DNA of 64,000 nucleotides, taken from Phyllosticta citribraziliensis (lineage: Eukaryota). The position numbers and the translations under genes were made by a program. The notes beneath the pieces are model-generated. The model worked only from the letters and a program-made list of their open reading frames with translations, searched no databases and was not told where the DNA came from. Position 1 is the first letter of the stretch, and each line of letters opens with the position of its first letter. The stretch is from assembly GCF_038025025.1 (NCBI RefSeq), contig NW_027117346.1:930001-994000 (forward strand). Direction: 5' to 3'. Below are positions 39,163-51,064 of this stretch, piece by piece.

Positions 39163-41277
39163 ATGCCAAATCCCTATGGCCCCAGCGGCTCTCAGATGTC
39201 GCGCTTCCCGTTTGCTTCGAGAACCTCGGCCGCCCCGGCTCCTCTCTTTTACAGCGCGACCGACGACTTTCGGGAAGAGGACGACGGTGAGGAGCACGAG
39301 CGCGAGGTAGCCGACTTTTACGCTTTGCAAAAGTCGCGCAGGCAATTTGGCGGCAGCCATCTCACAGAATCATCCGAAACCGATGGGGATGGAGATCGAT
39401 CCATGAACAAAAGCCAAGGAGATGAAGATGATGGTAGCGGACCTGCCTTTGGCAGAGGCATTAGAAGCTCTTGGAGGGGTGGTAGAATTACAAGTCGCGG
39501 CAGAGACCCCAACATTCAGCCCATCGACGAAGGGGATGGAAGAGGCCGCAGCGTGGGTGCCTCTGATGTCAGCGCTCCAAGCAGTAAAGGGAAAGGCCGG
39601 ATGGTGGATGTGGAGTTGGCATCGACGGAAAAAGATAGCGCAGATGATGAGTACCAGGAAGACCTATCCGATGACATGGAACCACCACCTACACACCACC
39701 ATTTCCGGCGGACTCCTGGCATCCAACCTCCGAGGAATCCTCTGCAAAATGCGTTGCCCATTCCGCTAGAGACAGACGAAGAAGCGCTTCTGGGAAATCC
39801 AAGGCCGATGAGTCCTGATCGCGAGACAACCGTCACTGTCGTCCCGGACGAGCAACTGGAAAAGCACGACAGCTTCTGGTCCTTCATCTTCTTCATTGCA
39901 GCAGCAGCCTATTTTGGAACTGCGGTACTGGTATGGATGCACACTTCGGCGCCAGACAAGAAGAATCCCCTGGGCGACACTGTGTACAGCACGTTGCACT
40001 CTTCGTTCCACCTCCTCTCGGCTTACACGCTCGTGTCCATCGTGGTGGCAGCACTATGGTTGGCTTGTCTGGCCTACTTCGTGCGACCTCTCGTCCGACT
40101 TATCATGGTAGGGGTACCGATCATTTTGATATCCTTTTTCCTCTATCCGATGATCTCAAGCTATAAAGGAGCGTGGCATGGGCACAGTGTCCAGGACAAA
40201 GCTATGCGTTGGCTGTCTCTGCTGCCCGGAATTTGCGCCGTAGTCTGGATATACACAGTCTACCAGGGACGCCGCTCCATCGACAAAGCCTCCAGGATTC
40301 TCGAGCTTGCAAGCCGAGTCCTGGGAGCGTGCCCGGCGCTGCTCTTGGTGGGCTTGGGTGTCCTGACCGCAACTGTCATCTGGACCTGGATCTGGATAGG
40401 CATCTTTGCTCGACTGTTCCTCGAGGGCCACTTTAAGCGGCGCGATGGAAAGGTCAGTCTGTGGGCTGTCGACTTGAGCACCTGGTGGCTAGGTATCTTC
40501 TACATCCTCTTCTACCTCTGGTCCCTCGGCGTCATCTCCGGAATACAGCGCTCCTTGACATCAGCTACTGTCAGCCAATGGTACTTCCACCGCTACGCAG
40601 TTCCAAAGCCGACGAGCCACCAGGTTGTCCACGCGTCCTTCTGGCATGCGAGTGGGCCCATGTTCGGAACCATCTGTCTATCAACTTTCCTGACGCTGGC
40701 CCTCCGTCTTCCTCTCATCGTTCTTCCTCGCCGCTTCGCTGCCTTCCTCAGCTTCTGCGTTTACCAACTAATTCCATCTTCTGTGGTCACCCTGACAAAT
40801 CCACTTACTCTCACCTACGCCTCCATTCACTCGATGGACCTGCGTCAAGCCGCCCACGGCCTTGGCCAAATGTCCTTTGTATCGAAATCCTCGCCTACGA
40901 CGACACTGACGCCGAGATCATTCTCATCGCCTTCCGGTCACGAACTCGTCCCCTACCGGCTCTCGAAGCTTCTCTTGCACGCCACGCGGTTCGTCATGTC
41001 GCTCGCATTGGGTTTCGGTGGCTGGGTCTCCACGGCACGAGCTCTCGAGCTCTCAGGGTCAAGCCACCGCGGAAGCCTGTACGCCTACGTCGTCGGGTTG
41101 GTAGCAGCAGCAATCGGGTGGGGCGTTCTTGGTGCAATGGAAGGTGTGCTCGGTGGCATTTTGGATGCCTTGATCGTCTGCTGGGGCAGTGAAGTCGGCA
41201 CCCAAGGTGCTGGACAGAGTAAGTACTGTCGCGAAGCTGGCGAGCTTTTCGGGGAGAGTGAGGGCCGTTGGTCGTGA
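39163..41277 (+). CDS. Choline transporter-like (CTL/Pns1 family) membrane protein
   Basis: Acidic N-terminus then about 10 hydrophobic helices; ATVSQWYF and FGTICLS motifs; intronless. Confidence 0.82.
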   Translation: MPNPYGPSGSQMSRFPFASRTSAAPAPLFYSATDDFREEDDGEEHEREVADFYALQKSRRQFGGSHLTESSETDGDGDRSMNKSQGDEDDGSGPAFGRGIRSSWRGGRITSRGRDPNIQPIDEGDGRGRSVGASDVSAPSSKGKGRMVDVELASTEKDSADDEYQEDLSDDMEPPPTHHHFRRTPGIQPPRNPLQNALPIPLETDEEALLGNPRPMSPDRETTVTVVPDEQLEKHDSFWSFIFFIAAAAYFGTAVLVWMHTSAPDKKNPLGDTVYSTLHSSFHLLSAYTLVSIVVAALWLACLAYFVRPLVRLIMVGVPIILISFFLYPMISSYKGAWHGHSVQDKAMRWLSLLPGICAVVWIYTVYQGRRSIDKASRILELASRVLGACPALLLVGLGVLTATVIWTWIWIGIFARLFLEGHFKRRDGKVSLWAVDLSTWWLGIFYILFYLWSLGVISGIQRSLTSATVSQWYFHRYAVPKPTSHQVVHASFWHASGPMFGTICLSTFLTLALRLPLIVLPRRFAAFLSFCVYQLIPSSVVTLTNPLTLTYASIHSMDLRQAAHGLGQMSFVSKSSPTTTLTPRSFSSPSGHELVPYRLSKLLLHATRFVMSLALGFGGWVSTARALELSGSSHRGSLYAYVVGLVAAAIGWGVLGAMEGVLGGILDALIVCWGSEVGTQGAGQSKYCREAGELFGESEGRWS

Positions 41278-41496
41278 GATGCATAAGATTTCAGAGACTG
41301 CTCATAGTCATGAAGAGATTTGAAAGCATTCAATTGCAACGAGCACTAACGCGAGACACTTGATGCTTGGACGGTTCATCATCACGGGGGTTTTGGCGTT
41401 TTCTCTTTGGCAACTTTCATTGGATCACGCGTTTTGCCTTTTTGCTTTGGTTTTCAGAGTTCGGGCTCTAGGCGAGAGACTATAGATGGATCGACT

Positions 41497-41526
41497 GGGG
41501 GGGGGGGGGGGGGGGGGGGGGGGGGG
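41497..41526 (+). repeat. G30 homopolymer
   Basis: 30 consecutive G. Confidence 0.95.
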
Positions 41527-42013
41527 CTCTTCCGGGGTTTGGTTGGATCAAGGCACATTCGTCATCGGCTCTGGCGTAATATTCTCCGTTTTCTTCATTC
41601 CTTTGGGGTTCCTGGGGTTTGGTTTGGTTCTCATCCTTTTTGGTTCCTTTGCTCGTCGTCGGATTTGCGCTCAGCGCCGGAGCGCAGCATTCTTCTTGGT
41701 CCTTTCTTGCCCATCATTTTTGACCGAGTGCACAGACACAGACGCAGATGAATAGGTTGGATAGATTGAATCGATGCACATATATCTCTCGAGTGGTTGA
41801 GCAGGGGTGTACATGGGGAGCATCCCACAGCAGTGAGGTATATGGAGTGGATAAGAACTGGTGCTCCTGAAGAGAATGTCTTGTTTCATTACTTCGTGTC
41901 TTGCTGCTGAAATGACCGTCAAACTGCCCCGTACAGGGAATCGGAAGTGTTCTACGAGGTATCATGACGAAGAGAAACAAAGGTTGGAATAAAACAGGTG
42001 TGGCGCGAATCCA

Positions 42014-43164
42014 TCACCAAAAGGGCGTGACCATGTCCGAAAACTCGCCAAGCGCGTCGTCGACCTTGAGCGCGAATTCATCGTGCAGGCCATCCAGAGC
42101 TGCAAAGTGCTCCGCAAGCTTGAGACCCCTCTGACGTTCCGCCTCGACGTGCTCCCACGTCCACTCCCCAGGGTTGGTGTCTGCGGGCAGTGCGGAGTCT
42201 TCCAGGACATCTTCCTTCTCTGCTACCGTCTTTGACTCCGAACCACGCTCCGTCGATTCGTCAGTCTTCTCCGGCAAGAGTCCCGAGTTCCTGAGCACCA
42301 GCTCCGGAGCCACGGTCCAGCGGCCCTTTTTGACCACGTACTTGGCGATACTCGTAGCGTAGATGGCGCCCTTCAGCTTCTCCCGCATCTGGTCCTGCTC
42401 TTCCTGGCTCAGCGCTTCCACGCGTCGACCTTGGGCGCCAGGTTTCTTCCATGGCTGCAGCGTGAAAGAGCTCGGTTTGGCGACACCCGGCCGGACCATG
42501 TGGGACACGAGGTACAGCCACTTGTGATCCCACGCCAGCAGCCTTGTCCAGATTTCGAAGCGCGCGTACGGCTTGACCTCGCGCTTGAAGTGGCAGGTTA
42601 TACCGCCGAGGGCGATGCTGAAGGCTCCCTTGACATGTTCGGTTCCTGGCGCGCTGTCCTGTGGCGTCTTCTTGGACGAGAGGCGGCGGATCCCAGTGCG
42701 GAGCAGGGCGGAGACAAAGTGTGAGCGGCTGATGTCAAGGTCGCTGAAGTACGTGCTGTTGGACTTGTGGAGATTGTAGTCGCACTCGGTGATTGGAGTT
42801 CTCGTCGAGGTTATGAGAGGTTGGAAGAGAGCGCGTGGAGGCAGAGGCGTTGGTTGCCAATAGAGGTGGTAGACCAGAGCGCGGAAGAGCCGAATCTGTG
42901 CAAGGCATTGGATTAGCAACGAGAGGCTAAAAACTCTGGAGAGAAGCCACTTACGTGCCAGACAAACGGCACGGTCTTGAGATTGAGGAAGACGGATATC
43001 AGAGCCACCAGGCGCCAGATGCCACCAGGAGAGTCGGTGCCCAGCACACGCGCGACGACCGCGCGAAACTCTGCGAAAGAACCCATGGATGCGACGAATG
43101 CTCCCAGAGATGTTGCGCCGGCGACGAGAAAAGCCACGTACGCCCCCGTCGATGCGGGCGACAT
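42014..43164 (-). CDS. Hotdog-fold thioesterase-like protein (YBR096W/THEM6-like)
   Basis: NLKTVPFVWH|IRLF, ECDYNLHKSNSTYFSDLDISR, FKREVKPY, RLLAWDHKWLY; intron 42896-42954. Confidence 0.85.
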
Positions 43165-43741
43165 GTCAATGCTGGTCGCCAATTGGTCGCGTTGCGGTTC
43201 CTCGGTGTGCCTATTTCAGCCGAGGCTTAGGGTAGCACAAGTGTTTGACGGCCAACGAACGCCCTACGTCACCGCCGACTCATCGAACTTCCGCACGTTT
43301 GATTCAGTACCACACAACGCTTGGGCTTTGCTTCTCGCCCTTCTCGTTGCAGCGTCAGATTCTCTTGCTGTACCATGCAATCCAGTCGTCTGCCAAACGT
43401 CCTGCTCCGCTTTCCCAATCTTCAGCCGATGCCGCTTTGCTATTGGCATGGCGGAATCTCCTGCGGCGCAGCTTAAGCGCCTCACCCACTATGATTGATC
43501 CCGTCATGGTCCATTGGTATCCGTTCGAGCCTAGTATGCTGCTTGTCCATTGCCTGGTTGGGCGGGCTTTGGCCCCAAGCGCGATGCGGTCTTGCCGCCG
43601 TGTTTACGCGCCCCTGTCTCAAGCATGGTCTGCGATATCTCGCACCAATGAGGCTCAGATTGAGCCAAGGCCAACTGGCATAAGAATCTCAGTGTCCAGC
43701 CTCGCGGATCTCTTGGTTCCAATTTCAACTCTTCCTCTACC

Positions 43742-46700
43742 ATGGATACAAAGCCAATTCCAGAGCTGTGGGCGCAGGCAAGAAAACTACTCCAGGAAGA
43801 GCTGGGTGAAGATGACTGGAGCCTTTTTACGTCCCAGTTGGATCCAAGTTCTCCAGGAGACGTCATCGATTCCCTCAAAAGAGTAAAGGACCAAGCTCAG
43901 AATGAGCACACCACTCACTCCCTAACAATCAAGGGCAAGAAAATCTTCGAGATTAACGTTAGCCGCATCGTGCAACGTTTCCAAATTCTTTCCCAAATGG
44001 TGGACTCGACAATCACTTTCGCACCCGAGCCCGCCCAAATCGTATGGACGACTCTCAAATTTCTCACCCAGTTCTTTCTGCAAGATGAACAGCTATGCAC
44101 ACTCGTTACCGCGACGTTCGAGAAAATATCTGATGCAATCTTCTTTTGCGACATATATGCTTCTCGACTCTCCAAAACGGCTTCTGTAATCACGAAGAAG
44201 GTTATGGAGAAGATTCCGCCCGTATACATGGCTGTCTTGCAATTCTCTGTCGAGACGAGAAAGCTCTTCCCACAAGAGAACAAGCACCGGCATTGGGACA
44301 CGACCATTCGCAGCATAAAGGGTGTGTTCGGCAAAACAGGTGAGCTTCATACGCTCGCCAACAAAGTCGACTCTGGGCTGCAGGAACTGCGCGAAATTGC
44401 CGGTTTATCGTCCCAAGTCTTGGTTGAAGATGGTGTGGGGGAAACAAATCTGAAGGTGAAGGAGATGACAGAGCTACTTCTTTCTGAGAAGGAAATACTT
44501 TCAGAGGAGCGATCAAAGGCAAGAGATGAGCGGGAGAAGAAGGTTCTCGACGAAAAGTACAGCAAAAGATTGAAGTGGTTACAATCTGGAACAGTGCTCG
44601 ACGTATCGCAACCTCGGCACCAACAGACGGAGAACATCAATGAACGGACTCCCGACACATGCCAGTGGATTTTTGACCACAACGATTATCAAGCCTGGGT
44701 TTCAGCCTCTGCTCCAGAAAAGCGCATCCTGTGGCTCCGGGGACCAGCTGGAGCTGGCAAGTCAATATTGTCGTCCTCTATCATCGAGAAAATGAGCACT
44801 CAATCAGCCGGTGTGGAGAGACCGCTCGTGGTGTATTTCTTCTGCAAAGTTGGCAATGATGCAAAACAAAACGGCCAAAAGATCATGCACCATCTCCTGC
44901 TTCAACTCTTCGAAAGAATCGGCGATGTGAATTCTACAAATGAGTCCAGCACCATTGATGAAGGAAACATCAAGAAGACCTGCGTTGATATCGTCCAGGC
45001 AAGAGCTAAGATGGAGGACTCCGGTCAGGCTGACAACCTCAAGATATCCACAACAGCCAGTATGTTTTCCGACATCGCAGGGTCTCTTACGCGCAAAGTT
45101 TTCATAATCCTGGATGCTTTGGACGAATGCATAGACTGGTCCGCGGCGGAGTCTAGGCTTCTTCAGTCGCTGATCGATATTACGTCGACCAATTCCAACG
45201 TCAGTCTTTTCATTTCCAGCCGCGCTGATGCCGACATTGAGAGGGCGTTCTCAATCCATGCGTGCCGCATCCACGTTGACAAGTCTACAAACAAGAAAGA
45301 CATCCGGAAATTACTGGATCATAAGCTCGGCCAGGAATGCTTCCGGCCCATTACCAGGGAAGACAAAAAGACAGCCAAGAAGAAGATCTTGGCAAAGAGT
45401 GAGGGAATGTTTCAATGTGAGTCACTTCTGCCCGATTCAGTGTAAATTTCATACGCAACTAACCAAGTCTAGACGCTGTGGTGGCTCTCCAATCCCTTAA
45501 CAGTGGAGAATCGATAGCGAACTTTTCAAGGGCCCTTGACCGGCTTCCACGTGGTATGAATCAGCTCTACGCAAGAAAATACCAATCACTGGAAGACGGA
45601 CCACGAAGCAATCTGTGCATCATTTTACGATGGCTTGTGTGCGCAGAAGGGGCCATTCAAGCTGCACCCATCGTTGACGAAATTGGCGAAATTTACAACG
45701 ACCGCGACAAACCAAAAGAATCACATGTGAACGGATTGGACGACTACGACGAATCCGACCAATCCGACGAGTTTCACGAATCCGAAGAAGAGGCTAGTAA
45801 TGAAAACAGCGGCAATTCCGATGCAAATCAGACAGCTGATGTGGCAGCTACTAGCATGAAGTTACTGATCAAGGACTTCCGCGACTTTGTGAAATTCGAC
45901 TCCCATACCAATGTAGTCAGTCTGCACCACAAGTCAATCAGAGACTGGATCATTGAAGACGCGAAATGTCCGAAAGTAGTTTCTGATTGTCATGTGTGTC
46001 GGGAACGGGATTTAGAAGATTCGGGCAAAACATTGCATATTGCGCCAAAACATGGCCATCTTCATATGGCGTGCAATATTTTGCGCACCCTCAACAATCC
46101 CGTGTTCCAGGAAGACTATGCCAAAGACAGAATCTACATGGAAGGGGAGGGGCTTCGATACGAGCTATCGCATTGGACCTTTCACGTTCGGACGGCAGAA
46201 CAGTATTGGCCGGAACAAGAACGTAGAAATGAAGACGTCGCCGCCAAATGGACCCAGCTTTATAAAGCTATTGAGGATTTCATGTCTTCGAAGATTTTTC
46301 CGAAATGGAGCGGTCAGCACCCACTGCACTTTGCTGCCCAGGAGGGACTGCTAGGAACTCTTCGAAGACTTGTTGATAAAGGGGGAAACCTCGGCAATTT
46401 GGACGCAAATGGTCGCAATTTGCTGCACATGGTATGCGCGGGGAGAGGGAACTACATTGGCCTTGAATATCTTCTCGAGAGAATGGACCCCCGCCATATC
46501 AACCTCCAACAACAATCCACCCGAGAGACGCCTCTGCATACCTTAATTCGCGACAGGCAGGGAGCGGTCAGAGTCACCAATCATGTTCAGCTCCTTCTCG
46601 AACATGGAGCAGATCCTGATTTGGGAGGCGGTTATGGGACCTGTCTCCTTCAGGCAGTGCGCCAAATGGATCTCGAGCTCTGCAGAACGCTGCTGGCGAC

Positions 46701-48701
46701 AAAAGAGCTAGATGTGGATAAACCGGACATCCCGAAGTCATCGAGTGGACTCTCCGCTCTACACTACGCACAATCCACTGAAGTAGCTCAACTTCTCATC
46801 GACCATGGCGCGGATATCCAGTTCCGAAACGAAGACAACCAGGATCTTCTTTTGACAGCAGCAATCACGGGAAACGTTCAGCTTGCACGCTTTTCCCTCG
46901 ATCGCGACGCCGATGTCAATGTCAAGTTAAGAAGCTCGGGACGAACAGCGCTCCATGAAGCTGTAATGGATGGCAACTTGACAATTACCCAGCTGCTTGT
47001 AAACCATTGTGCGGATATACTTGCAACGAACCACGAGGAGAAGAACCCAATTCATGTGGCTTCCACATTGGACTCCAAAGCTATCTTGGGGTATCTGCTC
47101 GAGCAGCAGAAAGTCAGATCCGACGACACTCGTTTCGTGCTGCTGGCAGACCGCACAAGACGGACTGCCTTGCACGAAGCTTCAGGAGCTGGGCACGTCG
47201 GAAACGTTCAATTGCTGCTGGAGTTTGGCCAGCCTGATGTGTTGTGCTCACAGAAAGACGACAACGGCCAGACTCCGTTACACGTAGCAGCTCGGGAAGG
47301 CCATGAAGATGTCATTCGACTCCTGGTGCAAAGCGACGCTCGTCTCGATTGTGTCGACGATTTTGGACAGACACCCCTTGGACTGACAATCGGTGAGTGG
47401 AACCTTTCGATGGGTGACTTAAAGGAGAGTCACGAAAGAATACTACTGTTTCTACTACCCCTGAGTCCAAAGATCATCCAAGAAGTCGAGCTCCTCGAAT
47501 TGGCAATCGAGAAGGGAGCGGGCAGCATATGTCGCCATCTGATTACGACCAGTCTGGCAAATGAGCCTGATGCTCATGGATGGACACCATTGCTTCTGGC
47601 AGTTCAACAGCAGGAGCAACACATCGTTGACACGCTGTCGCAATTCGATACTTCCGGTGTCCTTGAAAGGCTATCCGGCAGAGAAGACGCCGGAATTGGA
47701 TACCCTCCCACCGGGATAGATCCAAAATATGATAACGAATCGATCGCTATTTCCGGAGATGGACTGACATTGGACCTCGTCGGCAATGATGGTGAGGAAT
47801 CATATTTTCTCTGGGAGTCATGCTGACATCTTGACTTAGACACGTATTTTTGGGGCGATGGCTCTGCTTTCGCAGACCACCCGATTCCTGCTGGTATTTC
47901 CCGCTATTACTATGAGGTGGTATTCCAAGATGGTAATCACCCTGACAAGTAAGAAGCTCTTAGTCTGTTAATGGAGAGGGAAACTTTCACCTGGTGCGGG
48001 CAAAAACTGACGACGCCAAATAAAAGGGCCCCCTCATTACGGCTCTACTGTACCTGTGCGATCCCCTGCTCGCTGTTACGAACCTGTCCAGCCCCTCAAA
48101 GCCGCCGATCATACATTGCTGCCACCAACACCATCCACCCACGTCCAGGCTCGCGAACCCGCAAACTTCTCCCACCAGCCTCTGCCGCAATTGGCTTCTG
48201 CTCCCAATTCTCATCTCTAGAGCATTGGCTTCCAGAGGTGGAAAACAAAGCTTTCTCGCAGTGGGTGTACTATTGGGACAGGGGCAGATACCAGTTTGGC
48301 ACCAATGTGTCCGACCATTTCGAGGGCCAGGAAGGATTCGGCCACGGAGACGTTGTCGGTGCTGGCATCGATTTTTGCGAGCGCACGGTGTTCTTCACCA
48401 AGAATGGTAAAAGACTTGGTAAGTCAGAAGTCATCTCAGCACTGAATTTGAGTTGTTTTGCGTGCCATACATGTTCAAGTCTCAACTTGGTCATTGGGAG
48501 GATCTTTTCATACACAGACTTGAAATGTTTTCATTCTCAAACCAAAAGATTGAGAAGTTGCTAATCTATTTTGTCAAAATAGAGGGTGAATTCCACGGTG
48601 ACCAGGTGAAAGGTCGCCTGTTCCCAGTCATTGGAATGAATGGTTTCAAGGTGCGAGTGAACTTTGGCGCTGAGCCGTTCAAGTACAATTGGTTGCCATG
48701 A
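43742..48701 (+). CDS. Fungal NLR: helical N-terminal domain - NACHT - ankyrin repeats - SPRY
   Basis: PDTCQWIF, Walker A LWLRGPAGAGKS, VYFFC, Walker B FIILDALDEC. About 9-10 ankyrin repeats (HPLHFAA, GRTALHEA, GQTPLHVAA, GWTPLLLA). SPRY motifs ADHPIP..YYYEV, FGHGDVVGAGID, FFTKNG, LFPVIG, NFGAEPF. Introns 45417-45472, 47792-47840, 47949-48026, possibly 48050-48178, and 48419-48582. Confidence 0.92.
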
Positions 48702-48999
48702 TCACCCACATTCAAGAGGCACCTCGTGCGGTCTGGAGCCAGTGGAGCTGGAAAGCGTCGAGGGTGGCTTACGCTACTCGGTGACGAATGTCGCGGTAGT
48801 GGGACATCAAAACTTGGCGACCAGATAGAGCGCGGGTAGGGAGCATTCGTTCGCTCCAACAGAAGATGGGTGACAGGGAGCTGGGAGCATTCAAGATTCA
48901 GTTAACGGCAAGCTGCTCGATAACATCAGCAACTCAAATTCCCAACCAGCAAGAAGACCTTGTCCAATAGAAGGTTTTGATGGCTGACTTTCCCCTCCT

Positions 49000-50528
49000 C
49001 TACACATAAGCGAGCATGAGTTCTTCGCCCCGTGAAACAACGCAGCTATCTATCACTTTCACGACGACTCTCTCGGCGCCCTTCCACGTGAAAAACTTCA
49101 GTTCGAGATTGCTGCACTGATCGCACGTCGTATATCGAAGGTACCTGGTCCAGTTTCCTGCAACAGCGCGTCAGCACCACGTTAACAAAGCGATGCTCCC
49201 TCTGAGCTATGCCCGTACCTTCGGAGTCTTGGGAGATCTGATAGATGACCTCACGACGGCAGACATTCAACGCGCGGGGGTACTCCTCGATGTCCTTCCC
49301 GAACGTCACGAGCCCGATGAGCTCGGCGATGATGCTGCCGCCGCGAAAGCATTGCAGTGCCTTTACGGAAAGGGTTGAAGGTTCGACTTCCACGATGTTG
49401 ACGCTGCTGTCCTTAGGGAAGATGATGGAGGAGAGGCATTGGCAATACATCTCGTCATCGCGCGCGTCCGGCTCCTCCGACTGCTCCCGGTAGCAGACGT
49501 CGCAGACGTAGAATTCCGCAGTGTACTGCTGCCGCGGGTCTTCGTCCGGCCACACGGTCCTGTCGACGCGCGACTCGTTGGTGTAGCGGAACGGAGCCTT
49601 GTGGCGCAGCATCTCGACGATTCCCCAGCGGCTGAGGTAGAACTGGTCGTTGCGTAGGGCGGCTGGCGTCGTTGGCAAGGGCTTGCTGTCGGAGGGTGGT
49701 GGTTTGCTCAAGTATTGACCGCTTCCAAAGTGTGCGGGGTTTCGAGGACGTGACGCTGTGACTCTCTCGAGATTTGACATCGTCCTGCAAGGCTCTGAGA
49801 TGATTCCGTCCTCTGAATCAGTAGAGTCTTCGACTGCGGCCTCGTCTTCGACTACGACCTCGTCTTCGGCTGTGACCTCATTTTCGACTGAGACCTCGTC
49901 TTCGCTGGGAGATGGAGGTTGTTCAGGAACGCTCGGTGGACCACGGCGGGGTGGCTGTTCAGGACCTGGCGGGGGCTGCTGAGGCACGCTTGGTGGTTGC
50001 TCAGGAGGTGGCCCACGACTCGGGGGCTCGGATGGGATGGTTGGGAGACGCGGGTCAGGAAGGCTGACGGTGACTTCAGGAGGGTCGGCGGTGCTTTCAG
50101 GAGGTCTGGCGGTGACTTCCGGAGGGCTGGCGGGGGCTTGAGAAGACTCGCGGATGAAGGCGTCTGGAGCAAAGAGCTCGTCGTGGTCACCTTCATAATC
50201 CAGCGGAGTCAGAGCGACCTACAAAGGCAGGCAAGTAAGCGCAAGTCTCGAAGCATCCAGCTTCGCCGCGGGAAAGCCCAAAGCCACTCACCAAGACATC
50301 CGTATGGTGTTGTCCTTCGGGGCCTTCGATGGCGACGGCCAAGGCGATGCGCGAGACGTCGTGGCCGTCTTCGGCGACGTAGCGTAGGACTTCTCGAAGG
50401 GTCTGGACGGCACCAGGGTTGATTGAAGCACGGCCGACTTGGCCAGATACTACCAGATCCAAGGCTTCTTCGAGAAGCTGGAGCGCAGGCCCCAGAATTG
50501 TCGCATTTCCCGTGGGCTGGTCAGACAT
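49000..50528 (-). CDS. Degenerate SET-domain protein with Pro/acidic repeat linker
   Basis: Three exons (introns at about 50219-50291 and 49158-49218). CDVC...CQC, VKALQCFRGGSIIAELIGLV, GNWTRYLRYTTC, terminal GEELMLAYV*. Confidence 0.75.
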
Positions 50529-50566
50529 TTGAAGCGGTGGTCAGGGTTGGGCGTCGGAGGAAATGT

Positions 50567-50592
50567 GGGGGGGGGGGGGGGGGGGGGGGGGG
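50567..50592 (+). repeat. G26 homopolymer about 40 bp upstream of the SET gene start
   Basis: 26 consecutive G. Confidence 0.95.
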
Positions 50593-50615
50593 CAACGTGT
50601 AGAGGAAGTGTCTGC

Positions 50616-50760
50616 GTGAGTCGCAAGATGTTGAAGTGAATGCTGGCTGTGCTGCGGCGTGTTGAGGAGTGCTCGGCGTTTAGAAAAAGTGTTTAAGTGA
50701 CTCGCAAGATGTTTACAGTAATTCTGGAAGTACGGCGGCGTGTGAGTGACTGCTCGGCGT
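50616..50760. repeat. Imperfect direct duplication, 81-bp period
   Basis: GTGA(G/C)TCGCAAGATGTT at 50616 and 50697; GCGGCGTGT and TGCTCGGCGT repeated at about the same offset. Confidence 0.75.
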
Positions 50761-51064
50761 CATATTGAGCACTGCGCAGTGCGCTAAGAACTGCTCGACA
50801 ATCAGAGGAAGCATTAAAAGAGTCGCAGAATCTCTACGGTTCATCAAGTCACGACAGAATCATAAAAGCAGGGGGGTTTTCACTGTGGTTTGGATACTTC
50901 CTGCGTCCTACTTCCCATCTCAAAGTGTCCCCAGCAATGATCCCCTGATTATGTGTTCTCCGATACACACGAGTCTCCGTTCGCCGTTGCTGAAGCCACA
51001 CCTCCATCAGTGTCTCCCACGGTAGTCGTAGATGCCGGGCGAGACCTTTGCTCGTCTGTCGATT

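Noticed and set aside
48702..48830. GASGAGKR P-loop-like peptide in frame after the NLR stop
   Set aside because: It lacks the K-S/T of Walker A, the frame is short and there is no further NTPase similarity; probably chance.
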